Positions 28,801 through 39,381 of a DNA stretch of 64,000 bases are shown here, piece by piece. The stretch comes from a virus. Where the stretch lies: positions 4,028 to 68,027 of IMG/VR virus record IMGVR_UViG_3300036851_000400. One strand, 5' to 3'. The number at the start of each line of letters is the position of its first letter. Positions within the stretch are counted from its first letter, which is position 1. Made by a program: the position numbers and the translations under genes. A model generated the notes under the pieces. The model worked only from the letters and a program-made list of their open reading frames with translations, was not told the DNA's origin and made no database searches.

Positions 28801-31800
28801 ATATCGGCGCAGAATGTCCGCCACCTGCCGGCTGCTCCGAGAGTGGGTATCGAAGGCGGCGAGAAGTTCCCGAGCCTCCGGGGTAAGCTCCGCGTCGAAC
28901 ATGCCCTGTTGCGCCAAGTAGGTGTCGACTCGGGTGCCGGCCTCGCGCAGGGCAGACAGCTTGCGCACGGCGGCGGCGATGTCTTCCGAGATATCCAGGG
29001 GATGCAGGGCCTGCCGGGCGATATCGGCTTGGAGGCGGGCAATCCTCGGAGCGGCACGCAGCATCCCGGTCCCGATGTTGCGGACATTGTTGTCCGCGTT
29101 CTCAATCAGGCGAGCGACAGCATCAGCGTCGCCGTAGGCTTTCGCCAGGATGGCGTTGCGGAGCCGCTGCTGGCCCTCGATGGAAAGCTGGCCGCGAGCG
29201 TCGAACATCATCCCCTGTTCGTTAGGCGCGACGACGTTCCGCGAGAACGCCTGGACAAAGTCCCGGTTCTGGTTCCAGTTGATGTCGCCGATATCCGGGA
29301 AGCGAAGACCCTCCATCATCTCGGGAGTCAAGCGCTCGGCATCGGCACCGGCCCGCTCCGTAGCGCTCATGGCAGCGACGGTCCCCTCGTTGGCCTCGCG
29401 GGCAAACTCGGCACGATCCACGGGCGTGGTCCGGACGCGCACCAGTACCGGCTGCTCGATGCCGGCGATGGTCTCTGGATCAATCCCGAACTGCGCCGCG
29501 TGGTCACGAATCCATCCCGAGTACCCCTCAGCGGGCTCGCCGCCATCTCGGTAGGCGCGCCGGATGCCGATGGTTCTCGCATTCCCGGACTCGACGACGC
29601 GATCTTCTCCGACGATTGGAGCGCCATCAGCTACGCGCGGGGACGCCGCTAACAGTTCTGGGTTGAGCGATTTCTGGATGCGGGAGACTTGCGCCTCTGA
29701 TGTGGCCCGCGTCCGGTCCCGCGGCTGGACATCCTGCGGGTAAGCAGGATTCGGACGCAAGGTGTCGTCGTTCGAGGCGATGAGATCGCGCGCGTCCACA
29801 ACCGCGTAGGCGAAGTCGATTCGCTTGCCGCGTTCGGTTACGGCCGATCCGGAAGAGCCGAGAGCAACCGGGCTGCGAGGTGGCGGAGACGCTTTAGCCG
29901 CGCCTTCAATTCGCTGTACGGCTCCAGGAGCCCCGATCTCGGCTCCCCGCGTGGTAAGAGGCGCGCCGGGGGCCGGTTCTGCGACTGGCGGGGCAGCCTG
30001 AGCGACGGTAGGCACCTCTGGCTGAGGCTTCCAATCTTTAACCTCCCGCCAGAGCGTTCGCGCCTGCTCGTAACTGACGCCAAGCTCCCGCTGAATCTCG
30101 GGAACCTTCGGGCGGCGACCGAGGCGTTCGGCGAGGTCCTGGACGGTTAATCGTTCTGGTGGTGGAGAAAGAGCAAGCTCCTGCGTCGCCCGTTCTTCAG
30201 CACGCCCGCGCATCCAAGCGGCCGCCCGCGGCGAGATATCGATGTTGGCCGATTTAATCTCCGCATCGGATGGGGGATGTCCAAGGCGCTCGCTCAGCCA
30301 TTCCCAATTGCGCTGCTGGGGCTGAGTGACGTAGGCAGGGAACGCGGGTACCTTCGCCTCGGTGACGGGCAGGGCTTCTTCCTCTCGCGCCACCTTGAGC
30401 CATGGCGGCTCGATCAACGGCTTCAGCTCTACGCCGACAGGTGGCCCGGCATGGGTTCCTTGCTCTCGCTCGAAGGCCTCCCGCTCGATGGCGATCTCCA
30501 TCGCTGGAGAGGGGTTCTGCGCCATGCGGTCCTTCAACTCTTCCAGAGACAGGTCCTTCATTTCCGCGCGGGCGGCGTCAACCTGGGCGCGAAAGGCAAG
30601 GTTGGAGCGCTTCTCCTGCGGCACCTCGCCGGGCATGGCGGGGACTGCCCCGGCTTCCGAGGCGCGCTGGGACGCCTCTACGCTCTCCTCGATAGCGGCG
30701 ATCGGCACTCCCTCTTCCGTCGACGCGCCCGCGACAGTAACTCCGGCGGCGCTCCCGAGCAGAGCTCCAGCGATCCCCGCTTCACCAACTCGCTTGAGCA
30801 CATTCTCCAGCGAGAGGCCCTGCTGCTTCGCGGAAACCAGTGCGCCAGTAAGAATCTGGTTTAGCTCCTGGACGCTCTCGGTGCCGCCCTCTTCAGCCGC
30901 TTGCACCAGGAGCGCCCGCATCGCCCCCTTCGCGCCCTCTCTCTCAGCGCCGCCCTTGAGTGCCTTCACTGCCTTACCGGCCGGCAGATACTCCAGGAAC
31001 ATGTTGGTGGCGCCGACCCAACCCGAAATGGTCTGCGCTTCTTCCTCAGTGGCACCGGACTGTTTCGCTTCCTGGTAGGCGCCGCCGGTCTCCTGCGCCC
31101 AGGCCGCCGTCACGCCGAGGACCGGATCGACCGCCGAAGCGCCCATCGTCACCAGAAGGTTTGGAAGGTTCTCCGCGCCGACAACGGCCAGGGTCTTGAA
31201 GGGGTCAGATCGCATTCCCTTCCAGAAATCCTTGGCGTACTCCGGGCGGGGGTACTTGAGCGCTGCGGTGCCCATCACTTCTTGGATCTTCTGTCCCTTG
31301 GCGATGAGCGGCTTCGCGATCGGCTCCTCGATCGCAACCCGATAGGGAGTCTCTGCGGCCTGGGCGATCGCGCCAGACGCCACGCCGGGCACTCCCACCG
31401 AGTAGAGCGACTTCAACCTCTCCATCGCCTGCTGTTCAGCGGCGGGAAGCATCTGCTCCTCGGGCGGCAATTCCAGCTTGCGGCCCTGGCGCTCAGCGAG
31501 GGCGCCAAGGGCGCCAGCGGTGTTGGCGGCGCCGCGAACGAGGCTTCTGCCAACATCGCCGATGCCGCGTGCCACCTCCCCGCCCATCTCCAGGCCAGCG
31601 GCGACCGGTAGGGGGGGGCGATACGGAGCCTCGCCGATGTCCCCGGCCTGGCGGATGTTTTCCAGCTCGGCACGCTTGGCGAGGAGCCGCTCTTGATCGG
31701 CGTGAAGCTTCTCCGCGTAGGTGGTGGCGGCCTCTGGAGTCTTGAAGATGCCGAGGTGCTTGCCGGTGCGGCGGAACGTTGCGATCGCTTCTACTTCCGG

Positions 31801-32061
31801 CATGATCCTGCCATCGTCACTAACGGTCGGGATCAAGACTTCGCCGCGGTCGGTGCCGACGGAGATGGAACGGACTGTGGATACCGAGCCCTCCTGATTC
31901 TTCACCATCGGCCGATGCTTGAGGTCGATGTTGCCCGGCTCGATCGGCTTCTCGTCGTCTTCTTCCCACGGAGGCTTGACGAGAGGTGAGAGGCTCGATG
32001 GCGGCGGAGCGGCGCCCGCTTCCCACGGAGGCCGCACGAAGGGTCGCAGCGGTTCCGTCAT
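25858..32061 (-). CDS. Giant virion/ejection (polyvalent) protein with ddrB-like ParB domain
   Basis: 2067 aa; [12 protein letters not shown]...QPRDR...LNPELL...[18 protein letters not shown]; last gene of the ejection block. Confidence 0.75.
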   Translation of the reverse strand: MTEPLRPFVRPPWEAGAAPPPSSLSPLVKPPWEEDDEKPIEPGNIDLKHRPMVKNQEGSVSTVRSISVGTDRGEVLIPTVSDDGRIMPEVEAIATFRRTGKHLGIFKTPEAATTYAEKLHADQERLLAKRAELENIRQAGDIGEAPYRPPLPVAAGLEMGGEVARGIGDVGRSLVRGAANTAGALGALAERQGRKLELPPEEQMLPAAEQQAMERLKSLYSVGVPGVASGAIAQAAETPYRVAIEEPIAKPLIAKGQKIQEVMGTAALKYPRPEYAKDFWKGMRSDPFKTLAVVGAENLPNLLVTMGASAVDPVLGVTAAWAQETGGAYQEAKQSGATEEEAQTISGWVGATNMFLEYLPAGKAVKALKGGAEREGAKGAMRALLVQAAEEGGTESVQELNQILTGALVSAKQQGLSLENVLKRVGEAGIAGALLGSAAGVTVAGASTEEGVPIAAIEESVEASQRASEAGAVPAMPGEVPQEKRSNLAFRAQVDAARAEMKDLSLEELKDRMAQNPSPAMEIAIEREAFEREQGTHAGPPVGVELKPLIEPPWLKVAREEEALPVTEAKVPAFPAYVTQPQQRNWEWLSERLGHPPSDAEIKSANIDISPRAAAWMRGRAEERATQELALSPPPERLTVQDLAERLGRRPKVPEIQRELGVSYEQARTLWREVKDWKPQPEVPTVAQAAPPVAEPAPGAPLTTRGAEIGAPGAVQRIEGAAKASPPPRSPVALGSSGSAVTERGKRIDFAYAVVDARDLIASNDDTLRPNPAYPQDVQPRDRTRATSEAQVSRIQKSLNPELLAASPRVADGAPIVGEDRVVESGNARTIGIRRAYRDGGEPAEGYSGWIRDHAAQFGIDPETIAGIEQPVLVRVRTTPVDRAEFAREANEGTVAAMSATERAGADAERLTPEMMEGLRFPDIGDINWNQNRDFVQAFSRNVVAPNEQGMMFDARGQLSIEGQQRLRNAILAKAYGDADAVARLIENADNNVRNIGTGMLRAAPRIARLQADIARQALHPLDISEDIAAAVRKLSALREAGTRVDTYLAQQGMFDAELTPEARELLAAFDTHSRSSRQVADILRRYVDLAEGAGDPRQTNLLGASEAPSRLDLIREAVQTRDKAGQGDLFGNSDRALPGRIIARQGEAGSLAVPTSPSSGPVRRWLRRYFASAGALPKALFETKVARDGRIAARLNRVDALARDLAHQMRRYRGPLTREQLARYLDDAYRGINLRTGGEALDEVQIQRIARQRGLSEEVVRQEVERAVVPEAVAGLREAPQFIPIIREMRQHTDALTRSLRRAGLLDDAVARELERSFGLYVHRQYEAVRNEKWAERTKRQPLWNRAFELTKAKFPNKPDSEIWGILEAYIDRAGGPGRAILPGGTPEGAKDLSILRERTDQDDFRRLLLGEVREAGSNFFTTATKMATLLEQQKFLDEFSKTGRRLGVLTARPDVLPSGEATKKQIDPGMYAKAIEKATGVQPEIGEPPGLDRLVVKRSHGRTKATESTKKADPLGGLYATAEINQELQRIFEHESFPAWLRYYMAANYSVKAFKTVGSIQATMRNFISNFLYVTMQGANPVNPKQFIQAGRVSYPRVFGNTDRQMMDRVEEYQRLGLFDQGTDLGDLKRQEREAQIFRGQMVGAGRTGARVVRGFQEFYQAPDNFSKAYVFESLLPEYHKAYPNRSEAEVKAKLASVLRDTMQNYSQVPRGVQALSGRFPLIAPFLSFTEEIVRNTKNAAIIGVQEVREGRTTGNKALENLGRRKLLGLAVAYSIPTIIAMLGHWLWNTDDEEEEATRHFLPPWTKNGTIIARNKGNGEIMVVDLSFMDTFAQIKDPVLTALRGDPDGAWKELMTPVGEEILVGALLDIKENKKPTGSEIYNPQDFWLPRQIDKAKYLWKVGGPGTVLTAQKIYDALKSEQLPEGQRRVLWQEAMAVAGPRVSTYKLDRAITFKAYVFKDAIDHARKLEAAPAKKRKVSSSDLARSEEKATIRIKELLLQMDGDIQAARTLGLTDDQIKAALREAQVGKKEAQRLIDGDHQALLEHWLDLNQKRIEEAQAEYVH

Positions 32062-33554
32062 CAGCGCTTTCCGTACTTCTTCAGGAGGGCATCCACGGCG
32101 GCCTTGGCTTCGTCCGGCGCAGCACCGGCAGCAATGCGAGCGGCATACTCCGCGCTCGCCCACTGCCGGGCCTGCTGATCCTTGACCTCGGAGAAGAGCT
32201 GCTGCGGCTTCTCACCACCAGGAGGAGGCGGCTTGACCTGCGGCTGCGGCACCGTGCCGACAGCCTTCTTGATGGCGGCGGCATCAGGCGTTCCCTTGGC
32301 ACGCTCCACCATGTAGGCACTAGACATTGAGACGATTGCCTCGTCGGCGTCGGCTCCGGTGAGCTTGCGCTCCCGAACTGTGCGGGCGATACGGCGCGCT
32401 GCGACTTCCCCAATGGCCGTTGGACGCCTGCCGTTGGCTTTCAAGAAGGCGTCTTCGGCCTTCTTCCTCTCGCTACCCTCCAGGCCGCTTAGCGCGGTCT
32501 TGTGGCGCTCATCCCAATCATCGACCGCTGCTTTGCTGTCGGAAACGACGGCCTTCCAGGGAACGCCGGCATCTTCCTTGTCGCGCGTTGGCCTTTTTGA
32601 GGTTCGGTAGTCGATCAACTCTTTCTGGCCGGCGAGGTTCCTGCGATCAGCCGCAGCGCGTAGATCATCGGCAAATCGGAGCCGCTCTTTCGCCAACCGG
32701 TCGATCTCCTCGCGCTGCGTCTTTTGGGCGGCCTCTCTGCCCATCCTCTCCTGGACTTCAAAGTCTTGCTTCGCCTTCTCCTCTGGCGTCAGCTCGAGTC
32801 CGCCTTCGCCGCGGATGATCTGCGCCGTCTTGGACTCGGCAGGAATCAAGCCCTCCTCGACGGCGAGCATGCCGCGCGACTTCTCCGAAAGATGGCCGAA
32901 TGGATCGAATAGCGTCTGCTCGGGCAGCTGATACCCCTTGTTTTTCAGGTAAGGGAGGGCCGCGAGCCGCTCGTGTGGCGTCAGGCCCTGCCAGGCGTCG
33001 CGAGGAAACAGCTCCGGGCGGACCTGTGAAAGTGCGCGCTGAGCTGCGGCCTTATCCGGGTTTGGAAGCTGAATCGTCGGATTGGCAGCGCCAAGCAGGG
33101 GCGCGTGCTGTGGGGCTTGCAGAAGCGGCCCGATCGCGAAAGGATCGAAGGGTGCCGGCGCCTCGAGGGTATCCGGCATGCGGGCCACGCGCTCGTTCTG
33201 CGCGGCGTAGTCGGCTTCCTTTTGGCCCCAGAGATCCTCGAAACGCTTGCCTGCCGCGGGCACCTCCTGTTGCAATCGGTAGCGATCCCGGATCGCGGCG
33301 AGAATCGGCCCGATTTCGGGATGCTTCTGGCCATGCCTCCTAGCGAGATCCGCGCCGAGCGTATCGGCCAGCTCCGGCATCGACTGGATCGCCTCGAAAG
33401 CGCTCGCGATCTCTTGCTGGTCGCGCGCCTCTTTCTCGGCGCGCCGCTGGTGCAGCGAGTCCACGAACATGCGGAGCGCCTGACCGGCCTGCTCTGCCTT
33501 CCGGCCATAGAAGTCGCTCCCGCCGCCATAGCTCGAGCCGAGATACGTAGGCAT
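32061..33554 (-). CDS. Probable internal virion/DNA-ejection protein
   Basis: Helical, charged 497-aa ORF located before the giant protein. Confidence 0.55.
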   Translation of the reverse strand: MPTYLGSSYGGGSDFYGRKAEQAGQALRMFVDSLHQRRAEKEARDQQEIASAFEAIQSMPELADTLGADLARRHGQKHPEIGPILAAIRDRYRLQQEVPAAGKRFEDLWGQKEADYAAQNERVARMPDTLEAPAPFDPFAIGPLLQAPQHAPLLGAANPTIQLPNPDKAAAQRALSQVRPELFPRDAWQGLTPHERLAALPYLKNKGYQLPEQTLFDPFGHLSEKSRGMLAVEEGLIPAESKTAQIIRGEGGLELTPEEKAKQDFEVQERMGREAAQKTQREEIDRLAKERLRFADDLRAAADRRNLAGQKELIDYRTSKRPTRDKEDAGVPWKAVVSDSKAAVDDWDERHKTALSGLEGSERKKAEDAFLKANGRRPTAIGEVAARRIARTVRERKLTGADADEAIVSMSSAYMVERAKGTPDAAAIKKAVGTVPQPQVKPPPPGGEKPQQLFSEVKDQQARQWASAEYAARIAAGAAPDEAKAAVDALLKKYGKR

Positions 33555-33558
33555 CGCC

Positions 33559-34527
33559 TCAGATCAGTCCCCCGAGGCCACCGAACAGCCCCAACCAGTC
33601 TGCGAGGCCCGGCTTGCCGGGATCGCTCTGCGTCTGATAGATCTGGCCAGGAGTCCCGCTGCCCTGGCTCATGGCGAGTTGCATCATCATCGGGAACCAA
33701 CCGAGCTTGTCTTGGTTCCAAGCGTCATAATTCTGGCGGGCCATCTGATCGCCTCGCCCCTGCTCCCATGCGCCCATCTGGAACGGCAGCTTCAGTCGGT
33801 CTTGCATCATTTGGTCGAGCGAATTTCCGGCCTGCAAGCCGAGGCCGGTGGCGGCCAAGGCGCGATCCTCCGCGCGGTTCGCGTAGTCGCCGAGCGTGCT
33901 CAGCAGGAGCTGGTTTTGGGCCAGCGCGTTCTGACCGCCGATCTCAGCAGCCTTCCCCGCCGCAAAGCTCCCGAAACGGTTCCCGCCGAACCCGGCTGTC
34001 GCCATCGCGTCGCTGATCTGCTGGTCGCGATTGAGGTTCATCAGAGGCACAGCAGACAGGAACGCCTGGAAGGGATCGTTGTAGGCGTAGGGCTGCGGCA
34101 CCTCGCCGGCGCCGCCGCCACCGAACGGGCCTGGAGGCGGCACGGCCGGCATTGACCATCCGCCGCTCGGCGTAGGAGGGGGCGCAGGCGAAGTCGGAGT
34201 TGGCGGAGCAACGGGTCCGGGAGCGGGTGGCTGCACCGCAGGCTTGGGCGGTGCCAGAGCATTCCAGCGGGCGAGAGCGTTCGGTCCCAAGTTGCCAACA
34301 AGAGCCGGATTGCCGCGAAGCTGCTCCTCGGTATACCCGCCGTAGAGGGTGCCGGTGGGAAGTGCGGCACGGCTCTGGCGGGGCTTCGTCGAAGCGGCGG
34401 GTGGCGCACCGCCGATTCCTGGCTTAGAGCCAGGAGGGGCTAGAGTGAGGCCGCCGGAGGGTGGCGGCGGAGTGCGCGGCACGAAGTTGCCGAACCTCCC
34501 ACCAAGTGATTCAAAATCCAATGGCAT
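33559..34527 (-). CDS. Probable DNA-ejection/pilot protein
   Basis: Gly/Gln/Ala-rich, GFGGNRFGS, ends with amphipathic LADWLGLFGGLGGLI. Confidence 0.6.
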   Translation of the reverse strand: MPLDFESLGGRFGNFVPRTPPPPSGGLTLAPPGSKPGIGGAPPAASTKPRQSRAALPTGTLYGGYTEEQLRGNPALVGNLGPNALARWNALAPPKPAVQPPAPGPVAPPTPTSPAPPPTPSGGWSMPAVPPPGPFGGGGAGEVPQPYAYNDPFQAFLSAVPLMNLNRDQQISDAMATAGFGGNRFGSFAAGKAAEIGGQNALAQNQLLLSTLGDYANRAEDRALAATGLGLQAGNSLDQMMQDRLKLPFQMGAWEQGRGDQMARQNYDAWNQDKLGWFPMMMQLAMSQGSGTPGQIYQTQSDPGKPGLADWLGLFGGLGGLI

Positions 34528-34536
34528 CGCTCACCT

Positions 34537-35907
34537 CTACATGTATGGACTGTGATACCAGTCGGCCGCCGAGGCGAGATCAGTTGCGCCACGGGCGCCG
34601 CCACCGCTTCGGCCTTCGCTTGATCCCGGCCCACTAGCGCCGAGCTGTCGCCCGCTGAAGTCTCGAGCGAAGCCGTACGCGCCGGTGACTGGATCACGCA
34701 TCACCGGGCCAGTGCCCCATCCCCACTGCCAATTGCCCTGATCGTCCTGGCGGTAACCATACGGCCCCAAGAGCGAGAGAATGTCCTCGGAGTTGTAGCC
34801 GGCGTCGTGGAGGGCCGTCGCGTAGTCGTCGAAGTTCTGACCCGGAATCAACTGGCCCATGCTCGTGCGGTAGCCTCCGCTTGTCGGCGCAAACGGCGTC
34901 GCGTTCGGGAAGCCGCTCGTGTTCATGATCCCGGTCGTCGGATCCCGAAGCCATCCCGGCGTCCGGTGGTCGAGATTGTTGGTGTCCACGCCACCGAAAA
35001 TGTTCTCCCGCATCGTCGTCCCGAGATTAATCTGTGCGCCGCGCGGAACTGATCCATCGCCACTCCCAGGCACCTGGCCGAGGGGGACCGGAGTCCCACC
35101 GCCACCGGGACGGGCGCCAGCGATCGGCTTCGTGCCCGCGCCGGCGCCAGTTCGGCTGCCACCGTCCCCGCCGCCTGCGCCAGCCCTGCCCGCCCTTGGC
35201 TGTTTCCCGCGCCCTGCAGCGGCTGGTGCCGACGCCTGGGTCTGGATCGGCGTGGACGAGCCAAGCCCAGGAATGAAGCGCGTCGCCTCGGTCGAGGTCG
35301 TTCCTGGCGTGATCGGCTGCCAGTCCACGAACTGACTCTGGTGCTGGATGCCGTTGACGGGCGTGAACGTGTAATGGCCTTTGCCGCCCCCATTGCCCTT
35401 TTTCTTGGCGGGGGAGTTCACTTCGATCTCGCCAGGAGGCCGATGTTCCGGGGAATCCCACGCAGTATCGGGAGGACGTCCGAGATCAAAGAGCCCGCGA
35501 GTCGGAGAATTGCCGCCAGGCCCATATGCGGCGCCTGGTCCTGATGCGCCTTGCCAAGGATAACCGCCCGGTAGCGTAGGCGCTTGCCCCGGCCCGCCGG
35601 CCTGATTCGCGATGTGGCCCCTCATCAACATGCCGAGTAGGCTGTGGCGGCCGGAAAGCCACTCCTGGGCGCGGTTGGGATCGTAGTTCGGATCGCCGCC
35701 GGCGGTACCGTTGGCCAGCGCCGCCTGGTATTCCCGCCAGAAGTACTCATCGCCGGGAAAGCGCCCGCCAGGGGCAAGAGCCCAGGCGTATGAGGGATCC
35801 GTTCCAGGACCCGACATGTCGATCGGTGCGCCAGGCGTAAAGCCACCAAAAGGGTCGAAGCCGGTCTCAGGCACCAGCAACCCTCCACTGCTTGATGTCG
35901 GGCCCAT
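34537..35907 (-). CDS. Gly/Pro-rich probable virion protein
   Basis: 456-aa low-complexity ORF in the virion operon. Confidence 0.55.
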   Translation of the reverse strand: MGPTSSSGGLLVPETGFDPFGGFTPGAPIDMSGPGTDPSYAWALAPGGRFPGDEYFWREYQAALANGTAGGDPNYDPNRAQEWLSGRHSLLGMLMRGHIANQAGGPGQAPTLPGGYPWQGASGPGAAYGPGGNSPTRGLFDLGRPPDTAWDSPEHRPPGEIEVNSPAKKKGNGGGKGHYTFTPVNGIQHQSQFVDWQPITPGTTSTEATRFIPGLGSSTPIQTQASAPAAAGRGKQPRAGRAGAGGGDGGSRTGAGAGTKPIAGARPGGGGTPVPLGQVPGSGDGSVPRGAQINLGTTMRENIFGGVDTNNLDHRTPGWLRDPTTGIMNTSGFPNATPFAPTSGGYRTSMGQLIPGQNFDDYATALHDAGYNSEDILSLLGPYGYRQDDQGNWQWGWGTGPVMRDPVTGAYGFARDFSGRQLGASGPGSSEGRSGGGARGATDLASAADWYHSPYM

Positions 35908-36223
35908 AGCGCTTTGCGCCCGTCAGCAGCACCACGTAGTCACGCTCGGCCTGAGCCGTTGCCAGATCCTTGAAGAGGGCCTGCGCCCGCTCCTCGGCTT
36001 CCTGGCGCAGATAGCGAAGCTCCCTTGCCTCCTCTTCCAGCCGCGTCGCTGCAGAAGCTTGCACGATCACTTCGGCCTCGAGGTTCTTGTAGTGCATGGC
36101 CGGCGTGACTTTGGCGTCCACCCACTGCCCGCTCGCGTCCAGAAATTGCACGAAAGGCGGACCGCTGTCCTCTTGGACGATGCGGTAATTCCCCGTCGAG
36201 AGCTTCTGGATTTCCTTCAGCAT
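35867..36223 (-). CDS. Hypothetical coiled-coil protein
   Basis: ORF within the operon. Confidence 0.5.
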   Translation of the reverse strand: MLKEIQKLSTGNYRIVQEDSGPPFVQFLDASGQWVDAKVTPAMHYKNLEAEVIVQASAATRLEEEARELRYLRQEAEERAQALFKDLATAQAERDYVVLLTGAKRYGPDIKQWRVAGA

Positions 36224-36226
36224 GGC

Positions 36227-37420
36227 TCAGCTCGTCCAGGTGTCCCCGGTCGGCGGCGGCGGAGCGGTTGGAGGCGCCTGCCCGAGACGCCCTAGCCGGG
36301 CCTGCCAGAGCCCAGGGAGGTCCTGCGGGTTCGTTCCGCGAGCGTTATGGAGGCTGGTGAACCAATGGGGGATGCCGGCGAGGCTTCCAGCTAGGGTGCG
36401 GTTGGCGGCGGCGCTGCCCTGGCCACCGATGCCGAGATCGTGGAGCTGCATCCAAGCAGGCGGAGCAGCCTGCGCCGAGGGGTTCTGCGCGTTCCAGCGC
36501 TCCATTGCGTGACCGCCGAGGCGTTGCACAAGGCTCGGATCAAGGCGAAGCTGGTCGCCGGTGTAACCCCCGAACATCGTGTTGCGCAGGCCGCCTGCGA
36601 TGCCGCTGGGTGGCATCTGGCCGGTCCACGGGACATCTGTTACGCCGCCCCGCGGTCTCGGTCCCTCAGGTCCGCCGGTCCAGGTGGTGGGGAGGGTGTT
36701 GGCTGTAGGATCCCAGCCATTCATCGCCGGGCCCCAGGCGCCGAGCATGTCGTTGCTGAGGTTGTTACCGGTCGCCGTCCCACCAGAGCCCCCAGGCATA
36801 CCGTAGCCTCCAGGCATTCTTGGGTAGCCCCCCATGGTGGCATTCCACATCTGGTGCCCGCCCGCGGCAGGGTTATTGGGGTCGAGTGGTTGGTAGCCCG
36901 GCATCATCCCGCCCTTCGCCATTCCTGGGGGAGGCGTCGGCGGTGCACCGAACGAGCCGAAGCTGGGGGTCGAGGGACCGCCGCCGAACGGTTTCGGCGT
37001 CATGTCGGGTCCTCGTGCGCCGATCGCTCCGAAGGCGTTCCCCATGTTGTTGACCGTCTGCCCACCGAAAATCCGCTGATTCGGGTTCTGGCCCATGTAA
37101 TCGGAGACGCCCATCGGGATACGCGTCTGCGGGTTCTGGAAGCTTGGGTTCATGAAGCGTCCGAGCGAGCCCTGGACGCCAGCCATGATCTCGGGAGGTC
37201 CGGCCTGCGAGTAGCCCTGCGCGTTGCGCAACAGCATCGCCATCGTCGGCGAAAGCCCCGGATCGAGCTGGCCCTGGTAGGTCGGGAACGGCGAGTTCGC
37301 CACGCCTCCGAGCGAGTTGAAGAAGTCTCGCGCCCAGGAGTAGCCGGGAGGCTTCATCGCCGGCGTCTGCATGATCTGTGTCTGCGGCGGAGTACCAAAA
37401 ACGGTATCGGTGACGCCCAT
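36227..37420 (-). CDS. Gly/Pro/Met-rich probable ejection protein
   Basis: GGAGAAG RBS; shares a motif with 33559-34527. Confidence 0.55.
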   Translation of the reverse strand: MGVTDTVFGTPPQTQIMQTPAMKPPGYSWARDFFNSLGGVANSPFPTYQGQLDPGLSPTMAMLLRNAQGYSQAGPPEIMAGVQGSLGRFMNPSFQNPQTRIPMGVSDYMGQNPNQRIFGGQTVNNMGNAFGAIGARGPDMTPKPFGGGPSTPSFGSFGAPPTPPPGMAKGGMMPGYQPLDPNNPAAGGHQMWNATMGGYPRMPGGYGMPGGSGGTATGNNLSNDMLGAWGPAMNGWDPTANTLPTTWTGGPEGPRPRGGVTDVPWTGQMPPSGIAGGLRNTMFGGYTGDQLRLDPSLVQRLGGHAMERWNAQNPSAQAAPPAWMQLHDLGIGGQGSAAANRTLAGSLAGIPHWFTSLHNARGTNPQDLPGLWQARLGRLGQAPPTAPPPPTGDTWTS

Positions 37421-37429
37421 AGTCTTCTC

Positions 37430-38008
37430 CTACCCTGGAACTTGGTAAGCGTTTGGCAGCTGCAGCCAGGAAATCGTCGTGTTGCCCCGCAAGGCGAGGA
37501 AGGTAGTCGCGACATTCGTCGTCTTCGCTGCCAGCTCGACCGTGTACTGCGTCCCGGAAACTACCGGCAGGATCCAGGACTGCGATGCCTGCCGTCGGTC
37601 ATTGAGGGCCGAGCATGAACAGTTGGCGAACTGGTCACTCGTGAGAACCGCGCCGTTGACCGAGAGGTAGCCCTCGAAGTACTGATTCACCGCGCCAAAA
37701 AGATTGCACTGAATCGAGAAGCTCCCGGTAACGAGCAGAGACATGTCCACTTCCGGCGTCAGGGTGAAGGACGCGCCAGCGATGGCGGTCGGCGTGGTCG
37801 AGTTGATCGTAGTATCGGTGCCGCTGGTGGGCTCGAAGGCGATGCCGGCCAGTGGCGCTGCTGGATATTCGACGGCACCGTGCAAGACGTTGAGTACCCG
37901 CTCGAGGTTTCGGAAAACGCGCCAGAGATACTCCCGGCTGCGCTCCCATCCCTCGCGCGGCGATGGATTTCCGAAGTACCAGCGGTCAACCAACGTCCGC
38001 AGGCTCAT
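37430..38008 (-). CDS. Probable tail/virion protein (beta-rich C-terminus)
   Basis: Composition and position in the operon. Confidence 0.55.
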   Translation of the reverse strand: MSLRTLVDRWYFGNPSPREGWERSREYLWRVFRNLERVLNVLHGAVEYPAAPLAGIAFEPTSGTDTTINSTTPTAIAGASFTLTPEVDMSLLVTGSFSIQCNLFGAVNQYFEGYLSVNGAVLTSDQFANCSCSALNDRRQASQSWILPVVSGTQYTVELAAKTTNVATTFLALRGNTTISWLQLPNAYQVPG

Positions 38009-38706
38009 CGGCGCCCCCTGGATCGCGGCGACAGCCGGTAGCCCGAGAGCCGCATCGACTCGCGGCGACCCTTATCCTCTGCGGTCGGTGAAGCCTTTAC
38101 TTGCGCAAGCCCTTCGAGCTTCGCCGACTGGAACTGCTTCGCGAAGATGAGCGCAGCCGAGCCGTCGCCTTCCTTCCTCGGGTGCAGGTTAAAGAACGTC
38201 TCGGCGGCCGAGAGGACGATCTTCATGTGGTATTGCACCGGCAGGATCGGCGATTCGTTGAGCATCGTCTCGGTCACGTCCGGTACCTGCTGGCGCACTC
38301 TGAAGCGGAGGGCGGAATCGACGCGTGGAGTATTACGCAGATAGATTCGCGTCCCGTCCCGCTGGTAGTTCGTGATGTCACCAACGACGGGCTTCCCTGT
38401 CGTATCCAGGAAGCGGTTTCGCCCCGTCATGCCGCCGGGCTCGGGGAAGATCTCATAGCCTTGCGTGACGTTAAAGCCATCGAGGATTGCGTAGGCTTCG
38501 AGGTCAAAGGTGCTCACTTCAAGGAAGTCGTTGCCAGCGGTCGCGGTGAGGTCGGCTGGGAACGCATTCAACTCTGGCACTTCGATCTCCGGACGCGAGG
38601 TCATGTCCCGGTAGCCTTCCGAAAGGCACGGGTACGTGTCGGCTCGCGCCGCCTCGGAGTCGCCCACGGCGGACAGGAATAGCATCCGGATCTGCGCCCA
38701 GGTCAC
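38005..38706 (-). CDS. Head-tail adaptor-like protein
   Basis: MTWAQIR...IYLRNTP...SPILPVQYHMKIV pattern. Confidence 0.55.
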   Translation of the reverse strand: MTWAQIRMLFLSAVGDSEAARADTYPCLSEGYRDMTSRPEIEVPELNAFPADLTATAGNDFLEVSTFDLEAYAILDGFNVTQGYEIFPEPGGMTGRNRFLDTTGKPVVGDITNYQRDGTRIYLRNTPRVDSALRFRVRQQVPDVTETMLNESPILPVQYHMKIVLSAAETFFNLHPRKEGDGSAALIFAKQFQSAKLEGLAQVKASPTAEDKGRRESMRLSGYRLSPRSRGRR

Positions 38707-39374
38707 TGCGCCGGCCCTCCGAGCTTGCGATCGGTCTCCATCCGCTCACGCAGCTCCAGCGGCTCATCCACGAAATGGCCGCGCACGTTGTCGGACAGCC
38801 ACTCGACGAGCAACTGGCGATTCACGTCGCCAAGCTCACTCCGCCCGATGGCGGGATTCAGGTAGCGGAGCGCACCGGAGATGATCGCCTCGTCGCAATC
38901 GACGCCGGTCTCTGGAGTCCCGGAAGAAAAGTCCGGCGCGTCGGGATATTTGTAGTAGTAGAGGTCCACCGCGTATGCAATATCCGGCTTTTTGTCTAAA
39001 TAGATCGTCGCCTTGCCGCGCGTCCGGCGGGTGGGCTTACCGGACTCGGCGGTGTACGCCCCAAGCAGGGCGCTGCCGCTGTAGACGGCCACCTCTCCAG
39101 AGTAGGCCGTGCCGTTGCGCAGCGCCATCGCGATCAGAATGAAAACGCCGGTCGGCAGCGTCAAAGTGTTCGTCGAAGTGGAGAGCGTTTTCGTGGCGTC
39201 CAGAACGAACAGTTCGTGGTGATACCACTTCGTACAGATCTCCAGGTAGCTCGCCCACAGGAAATACTGGACGCGCGTCAGAAACGAGGGCGGGCCGGCG
39301 TAGTTGATGCCGCCGGCCCGCCGCTGCGTCTCGGTTGCCAGCTCAGCCCAACTGCGTCGTGCGATAGCAGCCAT
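38703..39374 (-). CDS. Head-tail adaptor-like protein
   Basis: SWAEL...LTLPT...GKPT...IYLDKKPDIAYAVDLYYYKYP...DEAIISGAL. Confidence 0.6.
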   Translation of the reverse strand: MAAIARRSWAELATETQRRAGGINYAGPPSFLTRVQYFLWASYLEICTKWYHHELFVLDATKTLSTSTNTLTLPTGVFILIAMALRNGTAYSGEVAVYSGSALLGAYTAESGKPTRRTRGKATIYLDKKPDIAYAVDLYYYKYPDAPDFSSGTPETGVDCDEAIISGALRYLNPAIGRSELGDVNRQLLVEWLSDNVRGHFVDEPLELRERMETDRKLGGPAQ

Positions 39375-39381
39375 GTCATGC

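Noticed and set aside
26161-31611. Long + strand ORFs opposite the giant virion gene (e.g. 26161-27915)
   Set aside because: Antisense shadows expected from high-GC codon bias; no motifs or RBS
25858-32061. Tape measure protein
   Set aside because: No tail tube, tail chaperone or baseplate genes; the ParB-like domain and ejection-gene context fit a podovirus internal protein
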